From a candidate division WOR-3 bacterium (GTDB lineage: Bacteria; Hydrothermota; Hydrothermia; JBDRYB01): DNA of 19,762 nt. Positions 1 through 9,045 of this stretch are shown in pieces; position 1 is the stretch's first letter; every line of letters begins with the position of its first letter. Below the pieces are notes generated by a model. The model ran no database searches. It was not told the DNA's origin and was given only the letters and a program-made list of their open reading frames with translations. The stretch lies in the NCBI GenBank assembly GCA_039803205.1, contig JBDRYB010000032.1:1-19762 (forward strand). The letters are read 5' to 3'. The position numbers and the translations under genes are program-made.

Positions 1-13
1 TCGTGATGTTCAT
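1..13 (-). CDS. 5' end of an unidentified gene running off the left edge (MNIT...), divergent from secA
   Basis: Minus strand reads AAGGAG (26-21), 7 nt, then ATG AAC ATC ACG at 13. A possible -10 TAGAAT lies at 77-72. Only four codons are visible. Confidence 0.35.
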
Positions 14-144
14 GGGCCATCTCCTTTCATCTTTCCATTTTTTTCCATACCTCTCAGAGGAGGTGGCCCATATTCTAATCCAAAGGCCGAATCCGAGCCA
101 GCTGTGCCCGGAAAACCGGACTGAACCTTGGGCTCTCATAGCCT

Positions 145-188
145 TTGCCCACGCTTAAAGCCCTGCATTATAATTAGAGCCTAAGGAG
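145..188 (+). promoter_or_regulatory. sigma70-type promoter and RBS of secA
   Basis: TTGCCC (145-150), 18 nt, TATAAT (169-174). SD AAGGAG at 183-188, 7 nt before ATG 196. Confidence 0.7.
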
Positions 189-195
189 AGAAACT

Positions 196-3100
196 ATGCT
201 CAAGTGGATAACCGAGCGCGTCATAGGAACCCGGAACCAAAGGGTGGTTAACCGCTTAGCCAAGAGGGTTGAGGGGATAAACGCTTACTTTGAGGACTTC
301 AAGGGTTTTAAGGACGAGGACTTCCTTAAAAAGACAGATGAGTTTCTAGCGAGGCTAAGGGACGGTGAACCAGCGGATTCCATGCTTGAGGAGGCGTTTG
401 GGCTCGTCAAGGCCAGGGCCTATACCCTTTTGGGCTATCAGTATCAGGTAAGGGGCCTGCCTATGACATGGGATATGGTCCACTACGATGTGCAACTGAT
501 AGGCGGAATAGTCCTCTTCCAGGGCAAGATAGCGGAGATGAAAACAGGCGAAGGAAAGACCCTCGTCGCAACCCTGCCCCTTTACCTTCACGGGCTTCTG
601 GGAAGGATAAGAACCGAAAGGGGAGAGAAGAACCAAGGGGTTCACCTCGTTACGGTTAACGATTACCTCGCCGCGAGGGACAGGGAGTGGATGAGGATAA
701 TATACGAGGGGCTTGGGCTCAGCGTGGGTTGCATCCAGTCCCAGATGCCCCCCGAGATGCGCAAGAACGAATACGCGGCTGATATTGTCTATGGCACGAA
801 CAACGAGTTTGGATTTGACTACCTCAGGGATCACATGGCTTTTACCCCTGAGGACAGGGTTCAGCGAGGCCACTACTACGCCATAGTTGACGAGGTTGAC
901 AGCATCCTCATTGACGAGGCGAGAACGCCTCTCATTATCTCTGGCCCGGCTGAGCACTCCCGCGTTGAGCAGTATAGGGAGATGAAAGGGGTTGTTGACG
1001 CAATGGTGAGGGAACAGAACTCCCTTCTGGCGAGGTTCCTTGATGAGGGAGAGAGGTTCCTCAGGGAAGGCAAGGCCCAGGAGGCTGGATACAGGCTGTT
1101 GCAGGTAAAGCGTGGCTCTCCGAAGAACAAGCGGCTGTTCAAGCTCCTCCAGGAGCCTGGGGTGATGAAGCTCGTTGACCGCTCAGAGCTCCAAGCCATG
1201 AAGGAGAAGGGCGAGACAATGCGCAGGCTGGATGCGGAGCTCTTCTTCGTAATAGATGAAAAGATGCACACCGTTGACATAACCGAAAAGGGGCGCGAGT
1301 TCATAGCGAAAAGCAACCCGAAATACAGCGACCTATTCAGGCTCCCAGACATAGCAACTGAACTCCCAGCAATAGACAAGATGAAGCATCTCTCGCCTCA
1401 GGAGAGGTTTGCCGAGAAAGAGAAGCTCTTCGCTGAATACGGATACAAGACCGATAGGATCCACGCTGTGCAGCAGCTTCTCAAGGCTTACATGCTCTTT
1501 GAGAGGGAGGTGGAGTATGTTGTCATGGATGGAAAGATAGTGATAGTTGATGAGTTCACGGGAAGGCTGATGCCGGGGAGGCGCTGGTCAGACGGCCTGC
1601 ACGAGGCTGTTGAGGCAAAGGAGGGGGTCAAGGTTCAGGAGGAGACCCAGACCCTCGCTACGATAACCATACAAAACTACTTCAGGATGTATGATGTTCT
1701 GGCTGGAATGACGGGAACCGCGATGACAGAGGCCCAGGAGTTCTGGGACATATACAAGCTTGATGTCATTTCCATCCCCACCAACAAGCCTGTGAGGAGG
1801 GTTGATTATCCGGACAAGATATTCAAGACGAAGAAGGAGAAATACCAGGCAGTTGTTGATGAGATAGAGAAATGGCACAAGCGAGGCAGGCCCATTCTCG
1901 TAGGCACGACATCCATAGAGGAGTCTGAGCTGGTTTCCCGGCTTCTGAAGCTCAAGGGTATTCCCCACCAGGTTTTGAACGCACGGCACCACGAGCGAGA
2001 GGCCCTAATTGTATCCAAGGCTGGCCAACCAGGAGCCGTGACAATAGCGACCAACATGGCTGGCCGAGGGACAGACATAAAGCTGGGGCCGGGCGTGGTC
2101 TCATGCCCTGAGGACTTGGACGAGGCCTGCAAGGGAAGGAAGGAGGTCAAGGAGTGCGCGATAAACACCAAGCGCCCAACCCCTGGAACAACATGCTCCC
2201 GCAACCCCAAGGATTGCATAAAGGGCTTCGTCCCCTGCGGATTGCTCATCATCGGAACCCAGAAGAACGAATCCCGGCGCATAGACAACCAGCTGCGCGG
2301 CAGGTCAGGCAGGCAGGGTGACCCCGGCGCGTCCAAGTTCTTCCTTAGCTTGGAGGATGACCTCCTGCGCCTCTTTGGCTCTGACAGGGTAGTTGATATG
2401 ATGGAGCGTTGGGGCAAAAAGGAAGAGGAGCCGGTTGAGTCAAAGATGGTCACGAAGGCGCTTGAGAACGCTCAGAAACGGGTTGAGATGCAGCACTTCC
2501 AGATGCGAAAGCGGCTACTTGAGTATGACGATGTGATGAACCGTCAGCGAGAGGTCATATACGGCCTGCGAGATCAGATCCTTGAGGGAGCGGACATGCG
2601 AGAGACCATCATGGAGGAATATATCCCGGATTTCGTCTACGAGAAGATGGCCGAGCACCTTAGCTCCGAGAACCCCAAGGAGGAAGAGCGTAGGGCCTTT
2701 GCCGATGAGATGTCTTGGACATTCCTCGGTGATTTCTCCTTCCTCGAGGGGATCAAGGACCCGAAAGCCATGGCCGAAGCGGCAATTGAGAGGATAAGAC
2801 AGTTATACGAGGAGCGCGAGGCCATGTTCGGATATGAGGGTATGAGGGAAGCGGAGCGCATAACCCTTCTTACCGTAATGGATAGGTCTTGGCGCTACCA
2901 CCTTTACGCGCTTGACCACCTCAAGGAGGGGATGTTCCTCCGCCAATACGCTCAGAAAGACCCCCTCGTTGAATACAAGAAGGAAAGCTTCGCGCTGTTT
3001 GACGAGCTGATGAACGAAATAAGGACAGAGACCCTGCGCAGGCTCTTCAGGCTAAGGGAGGTCCCAAGGCCAATAGAGCGAAGGGCACCAGTGGGCAGGG

Positions 3101-3231
3101 CATACAAACCAGAAATAGCGGCCGCTGGCGCCGCGGCCATGGGAGAGGGCGCAGTAAGGGCCGAGCGCAGGGGAACCGTCCCAAGAGGGGTTCGGATAAT
3201 AGAGGATGAGACCAAGGGGAAGAAGCAGTGA
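196..3231 (+). CDS. secA: Preprotein translocase ATPase SecA (1011 aa)
   Basis: Walker [38 protein letters not shown], Walker [84 protein letters not shown]. Good SD. Confidence 0.99.
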   Translation: MLKWITERVIGTRNQRVVNRLAKRVEGINAYFEDFKGFKDEDFLKKTDEFLARLRDGEPADSMLEEAFGLVKARAYTLLGYQYQVRGLPMTWDMVHYDVQLIGGIVLFQGKIAEMKTGEGKTLVATLPLYLHGLLGRIRTERGEKNQGVHLVTVNDYLAARDREWMRIIYEGLGLSVGCIQSQMPPEMRKNEYAADIVYGTNNEFGFDYLRDHMAFTPEDRVQRGHYYAIVDEVDSILIDEARTPLIISGPAEHSRVEQYREMKGVVDAMVREQNSLLARFLDEGERFLREGKAQEAGYRLLQVKRGSPKNKRLFKLLQEPGVMKLVDRSELQAMKEKGETMRRLDAELFFVIDEKMHTVDITEKGREFIAKSNPKYSDLFRLPDIATELPAIDKMKHLSPQERFAEKEKLFAEYGYKTDRIHAVQQLLKAYMLFEREVEYVVMDGKIVIVDEFTGRLMPGRRWSDGLHEAVEAKEGVKVQEETQTLATITIQNYFRMYDVLAGMTGTAMTEAQEFWDIYKLDVISIPTNKPVRRVDYPDKIFKTKKEKYQAVVDEIEKWHKRGRPILVGTTSIEESELVSRLLKLKGIPHQVLNARHHEREALIVSKAGQPGAVTIATNMAGRGTDIKLGPGVVSCPEDLDEACKGRKEVKECAINTKRPTPGTTCSRNPKDCIKGFVPCGLLIIGTQKNESRRIDNQLRGRSGRQGDPGASKFFLSLEDDLLRLFGSDRVVDMMERWGKKEEEPVESKMVTKALENAQKRVEMQHFQMRKRLLEYDDVMNRQREVIYGLRDQILEGADMRETIMEEYIPDFVYEKMAEHLSSENPKEEERRAFADEMSWTFLGDFSFLEGIKDPKAMAEAAIERIRQLYEEREAMFGYEGMREAERITLLTVMDRSWRYHLYALDHLKEGMFLRQYAQKDPLVEYKKESFALFDELMNEIRTETLRRLFRLREVPRPIERRAPVGRAYKPEIAAAGAAAMGEGAVRAERRGTVPRGVRIIEDETKGKKQ

Positions 3232-3262
3232 AAAAGGAATCCGGAGGAAATTGGGGGATCGG

Positions 3263-3706
3263 TTGAGAATTTTGGCGATCCTGAGCGCTATTGCGCTCTG
3301 CTGTTCCGGAAAAGACGAAGCCAATGATCAGGAGAAGACCCATGTGTATCTGGCGGATTCGGAGTCCGGTCTACGGATAGTAGATGTGTCTGACCCCTGC
3401 AACCCTCGCGAGGTCGGATGTTATGATACGCCTGGGTCTGCTGAGGGGGTATTTGTGCTCGGGGGGCCTGGCGTATGTGGCTGATGGGGATGCGCTCAGA
3501 ATAATGGACGCATCAGACCCGTCCGAGCCAAAAGAGCTCGGTTATTGTAGCACACCCGGATATGCCCAATCTGTTTTCGTCATAGGGGATTACGCCTATC
3601 TCGCTGTTTGGGAGGCTGGCCTCATGGTGATAGACATATCAAACCCCGCGGCCCCCAAAGAGGTTGGCTATCTTGATACGCCGGGCAGGGCTTATTGCAT
3701 CTTCGT
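3263..3706 (+). pseudogene. LVIVD-repeat (beta-propeller) putative lipoprotein, split by a one-base frameshift at about 3458-3466; the downstream frame stays open to 3944, antisense into wecB
   Basis: TTG 3263 gives [19 protein letters not shown] (lipoprotein-like signal). Three ~42-aa repeats ([89 protein letters not shown]) are split between ORFs 3206-3484 and 3384-3944. Removing one base at CTC GGGGGG CCTG joins them. Confidence 0.8.
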
Positions 3707-3709
3707 CTA

Positions 3710-4795
3710 TCAACAGAAAACCTCCTCCAAAACCCTCACTATCCTCTCGCCAGCCCTGCCGTCCCACAGCTCCGGAACACGCCCTTTTGGCCTGTCTCCA
3801 TCAAGAATGCGCTGGGTCTCGCGAATTATCCTGGCTTTATCCGTGCCTATCAGCCTGTTGGTCCCTATTCTCACGGTCTCAGGCCGCTCCGTGTGCTCTC
3901 TGAGGGTTAAGCACGGGACCCCAAGGGTTGTCGTCTCGTCCTGAATGCCTCCTGAGTCCGTTATCACGAGGGCAGAGCACATCATCAGCTTTATGGTTTG
4001 GATATATGGCAAGGGCTTCGTTGTCGTTATTCCCTTTGGCATGCTTATCCCGAACTCGGACATCCTCTTCGCTGTCCTCGGATGGAGGGGGAGGATGAGC
4101 CTCATCCATTCGGAGATCACCCCGAAGGCTTCAATTATCCCTCTCAGGACATCAGGGCGATCAACATTCTCAGGCCTGTGAAGGGTTGAGAATATGTAGC
4201 CTTCTGGCTCAATTCCCATATCCTCGGTTATACGGCACGCCTCTATTTCTGGCATCAGCCTGAACATCGGATCGAGGTTTATGTTTCCTGGCATGAAAAC
4301 GCGCTCAGGGTTAACCCCTTCCCTGAAGAGGTTCTCGGCCGCGAACTGCGTTGAGGCAAAGAAATAGGAGGATAAGGTATCCGCTACCTGCCGGTTTATC
4401 TCCTCTGGCTGATCAGGATCGTGGGTCCTGTATCCGGCCTCAATGTGAACCAGGGGAATTCTCCTTAGCCCAGCAACAACAGCGCCCGCAAGGGTTGAGT
4501 TGACATCCCCCACAACAGCGATGAAATCCGGCTCAGCATCGGGGAGTATTCCATCAATGCCGGAGATGGCCCTAGAGGTCTGCTCACCGTGGGTCCCAGA
4601 GCCAACCCCGAGGTGATAATCCGGCTCCGGTATCCTGAGTTGTTCGAAAAAGGCTTCGGATAGCTCGGGGTCATAGTGCTGGCCAGTGTGAACGAGGATG
4701 GGCTTTATTTTTCCACCTCGGTTTGCCTCATCTATCACGGAGGCTATCTTCATGAAGTTGGGCCTCGCGCCCGCGACCAAAAGCATCCTCACCAT
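3710..4795 (-). CDS. wecB: UDP-N-acetylglucosamine 2-epimerase, non-hydrolysing (~361 aa)
   Basis: GARPNFMK, HTGQHYD, VVGDVNST, HIEAG, PEEINR, TLHRPENVD, PLHPRT, TDSGGIQ, TERPET. Start moved to ATG 4795, which overlaps the upstream stop at 4789-4791. Confidence 0.95.
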   Translation of the reverse strand: MVRMLLVAGARPNFMKIASVIDEANRGGKIKPILVHTGQHYDPELSEAFFEQLRIPEPDYHLGVGSGTHGEQTSRAISGIDGILPDAEPDFIAVVGDVNSTLAGAVVAGLRRIPLVHIEAGYRTHDPDQPEEINRQVADTLSSYFFASTQFAAENLFREGVNPERVFMPGNINLDPMFRLMPEIEACRITEDMGIEPEGYIFSTLHRPENVDRPDVLRGIIEAFGVISEWMRLILPLHPRTAKRMSEFGISMPKGITTTKPLPYIQTIKLMMCSALVITDSGGIQDETTTLGVPCLTLREHTERPETVRIGTNRLIGTDKARIIRETQRILDGDRPKGRVPELWDGRAGERIVRVLEEVFC

Positions 4796-6114
4796 GGGAG
4801 CAGAAACCCTGTTGATAACCTCCCGAACCAGGATGTTCCCCCGCCGGCCGTCAGCACGAACCAGCTTTGGCCGCGAGCCAGGTTCATCTTCCAATAACAG
4901 AAGTTCTCGGTTTTTGCGGGCGGCACCAAATACCAGCCATCCGGATACTCTCCGGTCTTAGGGTTTGGGGTTTCCAGGGATGTTGAACCCCTCTGAGCGC
5001 TCAAGAACCCCCCCGCAAAGCTCAGGTTCTCCGACATGTGCCACCCTGCCTCAGCCCATGTCCTGTTTGAACCAGGGCCATCGGTAATCCCAAGGGATAC
5101 GCCATGAAGGGAATACCTGTCCCACTTCTTTGTATTGTTATATGTGAAGGCCGAAACGCCAGAGTGGCCCCCTTCCAGATAAAAACCGCCTATGGGTATT
5201 AGGGACTTGATGTAGAAACCGAGGTCAGCCGGCTCCTCATCCCAGTAATCGGGATTGAACTGCATGTCATCTATGAGAAGGGAAGCGAATATTCCGACCC
5301 CCTTGATTCTGGCGCTCATGCCGAGTTCCCAGAGGATGTTGCAGTTGTCCTGATAGACCCACTGATTGATATAAAGGGATGTTAGGGGGTTGAGGGCTGA
5401 TAGGGGAGGCAGGCCGAAAAGGGTCGCGTATGCGCCGCCCTCTGTGAAGGACAGGGTAAGGTTCCCGGAGGGCGCCCATTCAATGCGCTTGCCTATGAGA
5501 AATCGCCTCACCCTGTCCCCTGGCTCCAACCACCTCTCCTTGAACCACTCGGCCGAATCCGCCCTGTAGTCATCAAGTTGAAGAACCAGGTATGAGAAGG
5601 AGAGAGGGCCTCTCGCGTATGTGAAGCCAAGGCCATCCGCGGGTAGCCCGGATAAGATGAGGGGAGAAAAGAAGGGCTTTTGCCTTCCGGCAAAAATCAA
5701 CAGCTCTCCGCTCTCATATGTGAGATAAAGCCTGGTGAAACCCGCTGTTATCTCCTTTGAAGGGAGAAGCCCGGTCGCTCCGGTGTTCCAGGATTTCATT
5801 CCCAGGGCATCCAGGCCAGAAACGAACCCTGGTTCAGCAACCAGACCCAGGCCCTCCCTCTCTACGATGAGGCCAGCTGTGGAGTGGCCCCCGGGAACCG
5901 AACAGAGCCAGAAATGACCATCCCAGGTCAGGTATCTCCCCAATCTCTTGGAGAGAGGCCCATCCCCAAAAACCGCTATTTCGTCCCGGCTGAGGCTGGA
6001 AAGAGAGAACCTCGGACTAGTGATCTCTCCCCTAACCCAAGCCTCCGCAAAATCCCGCCAAAAGGGCCACTCCTGGGGTGGGAAGAGGGCAAGGGCCAAG
6101 GCTATCATAATCAT
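4789..6114 (-). CDS. Capsule assembly Wzi-family-like outer-membrane beta-barrel protein (441 aa)
   Basis: Short hydrophobic N-terminus, alternating aromatic beta-strand pattern and C-terminal W. Wzi-like segments: GRQ...LILSG, GKRIEWAP..NLTLSFTEG, LNPL..LY.NQ, NxLW, LLIDD. Lies next to wecB. Confidence 0.65.
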   Translation of the reverse strand: MIMIALALALFPPQEWPFWRDFAEAWVRGEITSPRFSLSSLSRDEIAVFGDGPLSKRLGRYLTWDGHFWLCSVPGGHSTAGLIVEREGLGLVAEPGFVSGLDALGMKSWNTGATGLLPSKEITAGFTRLYLTYESGELLIFAGRQKPFFSPLILSGLPADGLGFTYARGPLSFSYLVLQLDDYRADSAEWFKERWLEPGDRVRRFLIGKRIEWAPSGNLTLSFTEGGAYATLFGLPPLSALNPLTSLYINQWVYQDNCNILWELGMSARIKGVGIFASLLIDDMQFNPDYWDEEPADLGFYIKSLIPIGGFYLEGGHSGVSAFTYNNTKKWDRYSLHGVSLGITDGPGSNRTWAEAGWHMSENLSFAGGFLSAQRGSTSLETPNPKTGEYPDGWYLVPPAKTENFCYWKMNLARGQSWFVLTAGGGTSWFGRLSTGFLLPW

Positions 6115-6116
6115 AG

Positions 6117-6824
6117 CTAGAAAAGCCCCTTCTGAAGGCCCCTTAGCTTTTCAGATGCGATCTCATACGCCTCAGGGTCCTCTTCGTAGCCTATGTAGTG
6201 CCTTCCGAGGGCTTTGGCCACAGCGGCTATTGTTCCGGAGCCGGCAAAGGGGTCAAGGATGATGTCACCTGGGTATGTGTATATCTTGATGAGCCTCTTC
6301 GGTATCTCGTGGGGCAGTCCCGATCCATCATCAGGAACATCCCATACGGTCCTCACCCACTCAATGAACTCGGATGAGCTCATGTCCGGTCTGGAACCAG
6401 TAATCCTGGGCTCAAGCCTGGGTGAGCCTTTCCAGAAAACGAGTATGTGCTCGTGAACATCTAGAAAGCTCGGATTGGATGGGCTCATCCATCCTCCCCA
6501 AGAACCAGGGGTCGCGCCAGCCCCCTTGTTCCATATTATCTCCCAGCCCAGCATAAGCCCCTTAGCCATGATCATCCCGGTTATCAGCGCTGGAGCAGAA
6601 TGATCAAGCCTTCTCACGCTAACCGGAACGAGCACGGCCATCCGTCCACCTCTGGCGAGCGCTCGAACGCAACCAGCCACAACCGGGCCCAGGCCAGACA
6701 AGTAATCCGAAAGCCCGAGATCCCCCTTTGGTTTGGGGAGAAAAACCACCGCCATCTGGACAGAGCCGGGGTTCGGTTCGCTCATGTCCTTCGGGCTCTT
6801 GTGATAGATGACATCAAGACGCAC
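6117..6824 (-). CDS. Orphan beta-class N4-C/N6-A DNA methyltransferase homolog with a degenerate catalytic motif (~235 aa; start GTG 6824 or ATG 6830)
   Basis: C-terminal SAM-binding motif I ILDPFAGSGT plus LGRHYIGYE. EIIWNKG, WGGWMSPSNP and HEHILVF are retained. The expected N-terminal (S/D)PPY reads VVFLPKP. No restriction endonuclease nearby. Confidence 0.85.
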   Translation of the reverse strand: MRLDVIYHKSPKDMSEPNPGSVQMAVVFLPKPKGDLGLSDYLSGLGPVVAGCVRALARGGRMAVLVPVSVRRLDHSAPALITGMIMAKGLMLGWEIIWNKGAGATPGSWGGWMSPSNPSFLDVHEHILVFWKGSPRLEPRITGSRPDMSSSEFIEWVRTVWDVPDDGSGLPHEIPKRLIKIYTYPGDIILDPFAGSGTIAAVAKALGRHYIGYEEDPEAYEIASEKLRGLQKGLF

Positions 6825-6830
6825 CTGCAT

Positions 6831-6860
6831 ATTATAGGCTCTGGGTGGCATCGGATTCAT
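6831..6860 (-). promoter_or_regulatory. Putative promoter of the MTase-wzi-wecB unit, positioned for a leaderless mRNA
   Basis: Minus strand: ATGAAT (6860-6855), 18 nt, TATAAT (6836-6831), 6 nt, GTG 6824. No SD. Confidence 0.55.
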
Positions 6861-6869
6861 CAAGGATTC

Positions 6870-6899
6870 TTGAATCAACCCGGCTCCCTGCTTTATGCT
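6870..6899 (+). promoter_or_regulatory. Putative promoter of the class A PBP gene, back-to-back with the MTase promoter
   Basis: TTGAAT (6870-6875), 18 nt, TATGCT (6894-6899). ATG at 6912, no SD. Confidence 0.55.
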
Positions 6900-6911
6900 T
6901 TGAGTGTAATC

Positions 6912-9020
6912 ATGGCTAAGCCGGGAGGCTCTGAGAAAGGATTATTCCTCAAGGCAATCCTTCTCTCCTTCATCATATTTTTCGTGGGCCTCTTCATCTT
7001 CATAGCCCTTGCGATAGTCACATATGCCAGGCTACCCTCGTTTGACGAGATACAGGCATACAAACCCCCCCAGGCAACAAAAGTGGTTGATAAGGAGGGA
7101 AACATCATCTATGAGTTCTACGAGGAAAGGAGAACGGATGTCTCTCTCAATGAGGTGCCTCCGCATGTCCAGTCCGCTTTTGTTTCCCTTGAGGATAGGA
7201 GGTTCTGGTCCCACTGGGGCCTTGATGTCCCGGGAATGGTGAGGGCCCTTCTCGCTAACCTGATCCACTTCAGGATAGTTCAAGGGGCATCAACAATAAC
7301 GCAGCAGCTGGCCAGGAACATGTTTCTTACACACAAGAGGACAATAGGCCGCAAGTTCTCCGAGATGATTCTGGCCGTGAAGATAGAGCGTTGTCTAACG
7401 AAAGAGGAGATACTTGAAAGATACCTGAATGAGATATGGTTCGGCTCAGGCGTTTACGGGGTTTCGGCCGCGGCCAGGTATTACTTTGGTAAGGATGTAT
7501 CTGAGCTCAGCGTGGCAGAGGCCGCGCTCCTCGCGGCCATTCCGAAGAACCCAAACAGATACTCCCCGTTCAAGAACCCGGAGGCAGCTATTGCCAGGCA
7601 GAGGCTCGTTCTCAAGGCGATGCTCAAGTCCGGGGCCATAACCCAGGAGGAGTATGAGGCCGCGCTGGACGAAAAACTGGTCTTCTCTGAAAAGAAGGAA
7701 TATACATATGGCGGAATAGCCCCGTATTACATGGAAGAGGTCAAGAAATACATATCAGAGAGATATGGGGAGGACTTTCTCTATAGGGGTGGTGGGACGG
7801 TTGTGGTTCCGATGGACATAAGGCTCCAAGAGATAGCGAACAAGGCCGTTGATTCGGTTCTCAGGGAATACGATAAGGTCTACAAGTTCAAGCACACCTT
7901 ATCCAACTACATATACGATCCGAAGAACCTCTCCGAGCCCAAATACCTTCAGGCCGCTCTGGTCGCCATGGATCCCAACACCGGAGAGGTTCTGGCAATG
8001 GTTGGGGGCAGGAACTACTTCCACAGCATGTATAACAGGGCAACCCAGGCATACAGGCAAACTGGCTCATCCTTCAAACCATTTGTCTATCTCGCGGCAG
8101 CCGTGGCTGGTTACGGAACGGGCCACATCCTATATGATGCGCCAATTGAGGTTCAGGACGCGGGGAGGGTATGGACCCCATCCAATTACGACCACCAATA
8201 TCTGGGCCCCATAACAGAAAGGAGGGCACTCGCTCTCTCAAGGAACCTGGCAACCGTCCGGCTAGCCATGGAGGTTGGGCCAGCAACCGTCACGGAAATA
8301 GCGAAAAAGTGCGGCATAAAGACCAAAATGGAGCCATACTATTCAACCGCTCTTGGCGCGCACAGCCTCACCCTTCTCGAGATGACAAACGCTTACTGCA
8401 CCATAGCGGACTACGGCACAAAACACGACCCACTTCTTGTCCTTGAGGTCTACGACGCGAACGGGAACCTCCTTGAGAAGAACGAGCCAGTTGGGGAGCG
8501 CGTCGTTGACTCCGCCTCCTGCTATCTCGTCATAAGCATGATGGAGTCCGTTATGAACGAGGGCACGGGCGTAAGGGCAAGAACCCAGTATGGATTCCAG
8601 AGGCCAGCGGCTGGCAAAACAGGCACCACGAGCTGGTATAAGGACACCTGGTTCATAGGATTCACCCCTTCGCTCGCCTGTGGGGTTTGGGTTGGGTTTG
8701 ACGAGCCTAAGACAATAGTCCCAGGTGCGACGGGAACAGCCTTTGCCTTGCCCGTGTGGTCCGCTTTCATGCGAGAGGCAACAAAACTCTATCCCTCTGA
8801 GCAATTCATAACCCCCCCTGGCGTGACTTGGGTCTCCGTCTGCGCCACCTCAGGCATGCTTCCAACGCCTAAATGCCCGAATGTCCGGCTTGAGGCTTTT
8901 AAGGCCGGGACAGAGCCAACTGAGACATGTCCAATCCACATCCCCGGCGGAACCCAGGAGCTCTTAGAGCAGTGGGAAAAGAAATTCCAAGAGGGCCAGA
9001 TGAAACCCCAAGGCCAATAA
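6912..9020 (+). CDS. Class A penicillin-binding protein, PBP1A family (transglycosylase/transpeptidase, ~702 aa)
   Basis: N-terminal TM anchor. GT51 motifs EDRRFWSHWG, GASTITQQL, RKFSE, KEEILERYLN. Transpeptidase motifs SSFK (SxxK), SRN (SxN), KTGT. Start moved from 6600 to ATG 6912 because the extension overlaps the MTase gene. Confidence 0.95.
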   Translation: MAKPGGSEKGLFLKAILLSFIIFFVGLFIFIALAIVTYARLPSFDEIQAYKPPQATKVVDKEGNIIYEFYEERRTDVSLNEVPPHVQSAFVSLEDRRFWSHWGLDVPGMVRALLANLIHFRIVQGASTITQQLARNMFLTHKRTIGRKFSEMILAVKIERCLTKEEILERYLNEIWFGSGVYGVSAAARYYFGKDVSELSVAEAALLAAIPKNPNRYSPFKNPEAAIARQRLVLKAMLKSGAITQEEYEAALDEKLVFSEKKEYTYGGIAPYYMEEVKKYISERYGEDFLYRGGGTVVVPMDIRLQEIANKAVDSVLREYDKVYKFKHTLSNYIYDPKNLSEPKYLQAALVAMDPNTGEVLAMVGGRNYFHSMYNRATQAYRQTGSSFKPFVYLAAAVAGYGTGHILYDAPIEVQDAGRVWTPSNYDHQYLGPITERRALALSRNLATVRLAMEVGPATVTEIAKKCGIKTKMEPYYSTALGAHSLTLLEMTNAYCTIADYGTKHDPLLVLEVYDANGNLLEKNEPVGERVVDSASCYLVISMMESVMNEGTGVRARTQYGFQRPAAGKTGTTSWYKDTWFIGFTPSLACGVWVGFDEPKTIVPGATGTAFALPVWSAFMREATKLYPSEQFITPPGVTWVSVCATSGMLPTPKCPNVRLEAFKAGTEPTETCPIHIPGGTQELLEQWEKKFQEGQMKPQGQ

Positions 9021-9045
9021 AGGTGTCCATCTGCAAAAGCTAGTT

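Noticed and set aside
10..48. 12-codon minus-strand ORF MEKNGKMKGDGP overlapping the next start (ATGA), a possible leader peptide
   Set aside because: No attenuator structure or informative codon run. It is compatible with chance in a purine-rich leader.
960..1460. Large helical insertions in the SecA preprotein cross-linking domain
   Set aside because: Comparable expansions are known in Bacteroidota- and Chlamydiota-type SecA. There are no intein motifs.
6600..6911. 104-aa N-terminal extension of the PBP in the ORF track
   Set aside because: It overlaps the MTase gene on the opposite strand and both putative promoters. The TM anchor begins just after ATG 6912.
9021..9045. Possible bidirectional terminator between the PBP and pgpA genes
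   Set aside because: No convincing stem-loop with a U-tract in the 25-nt gap.
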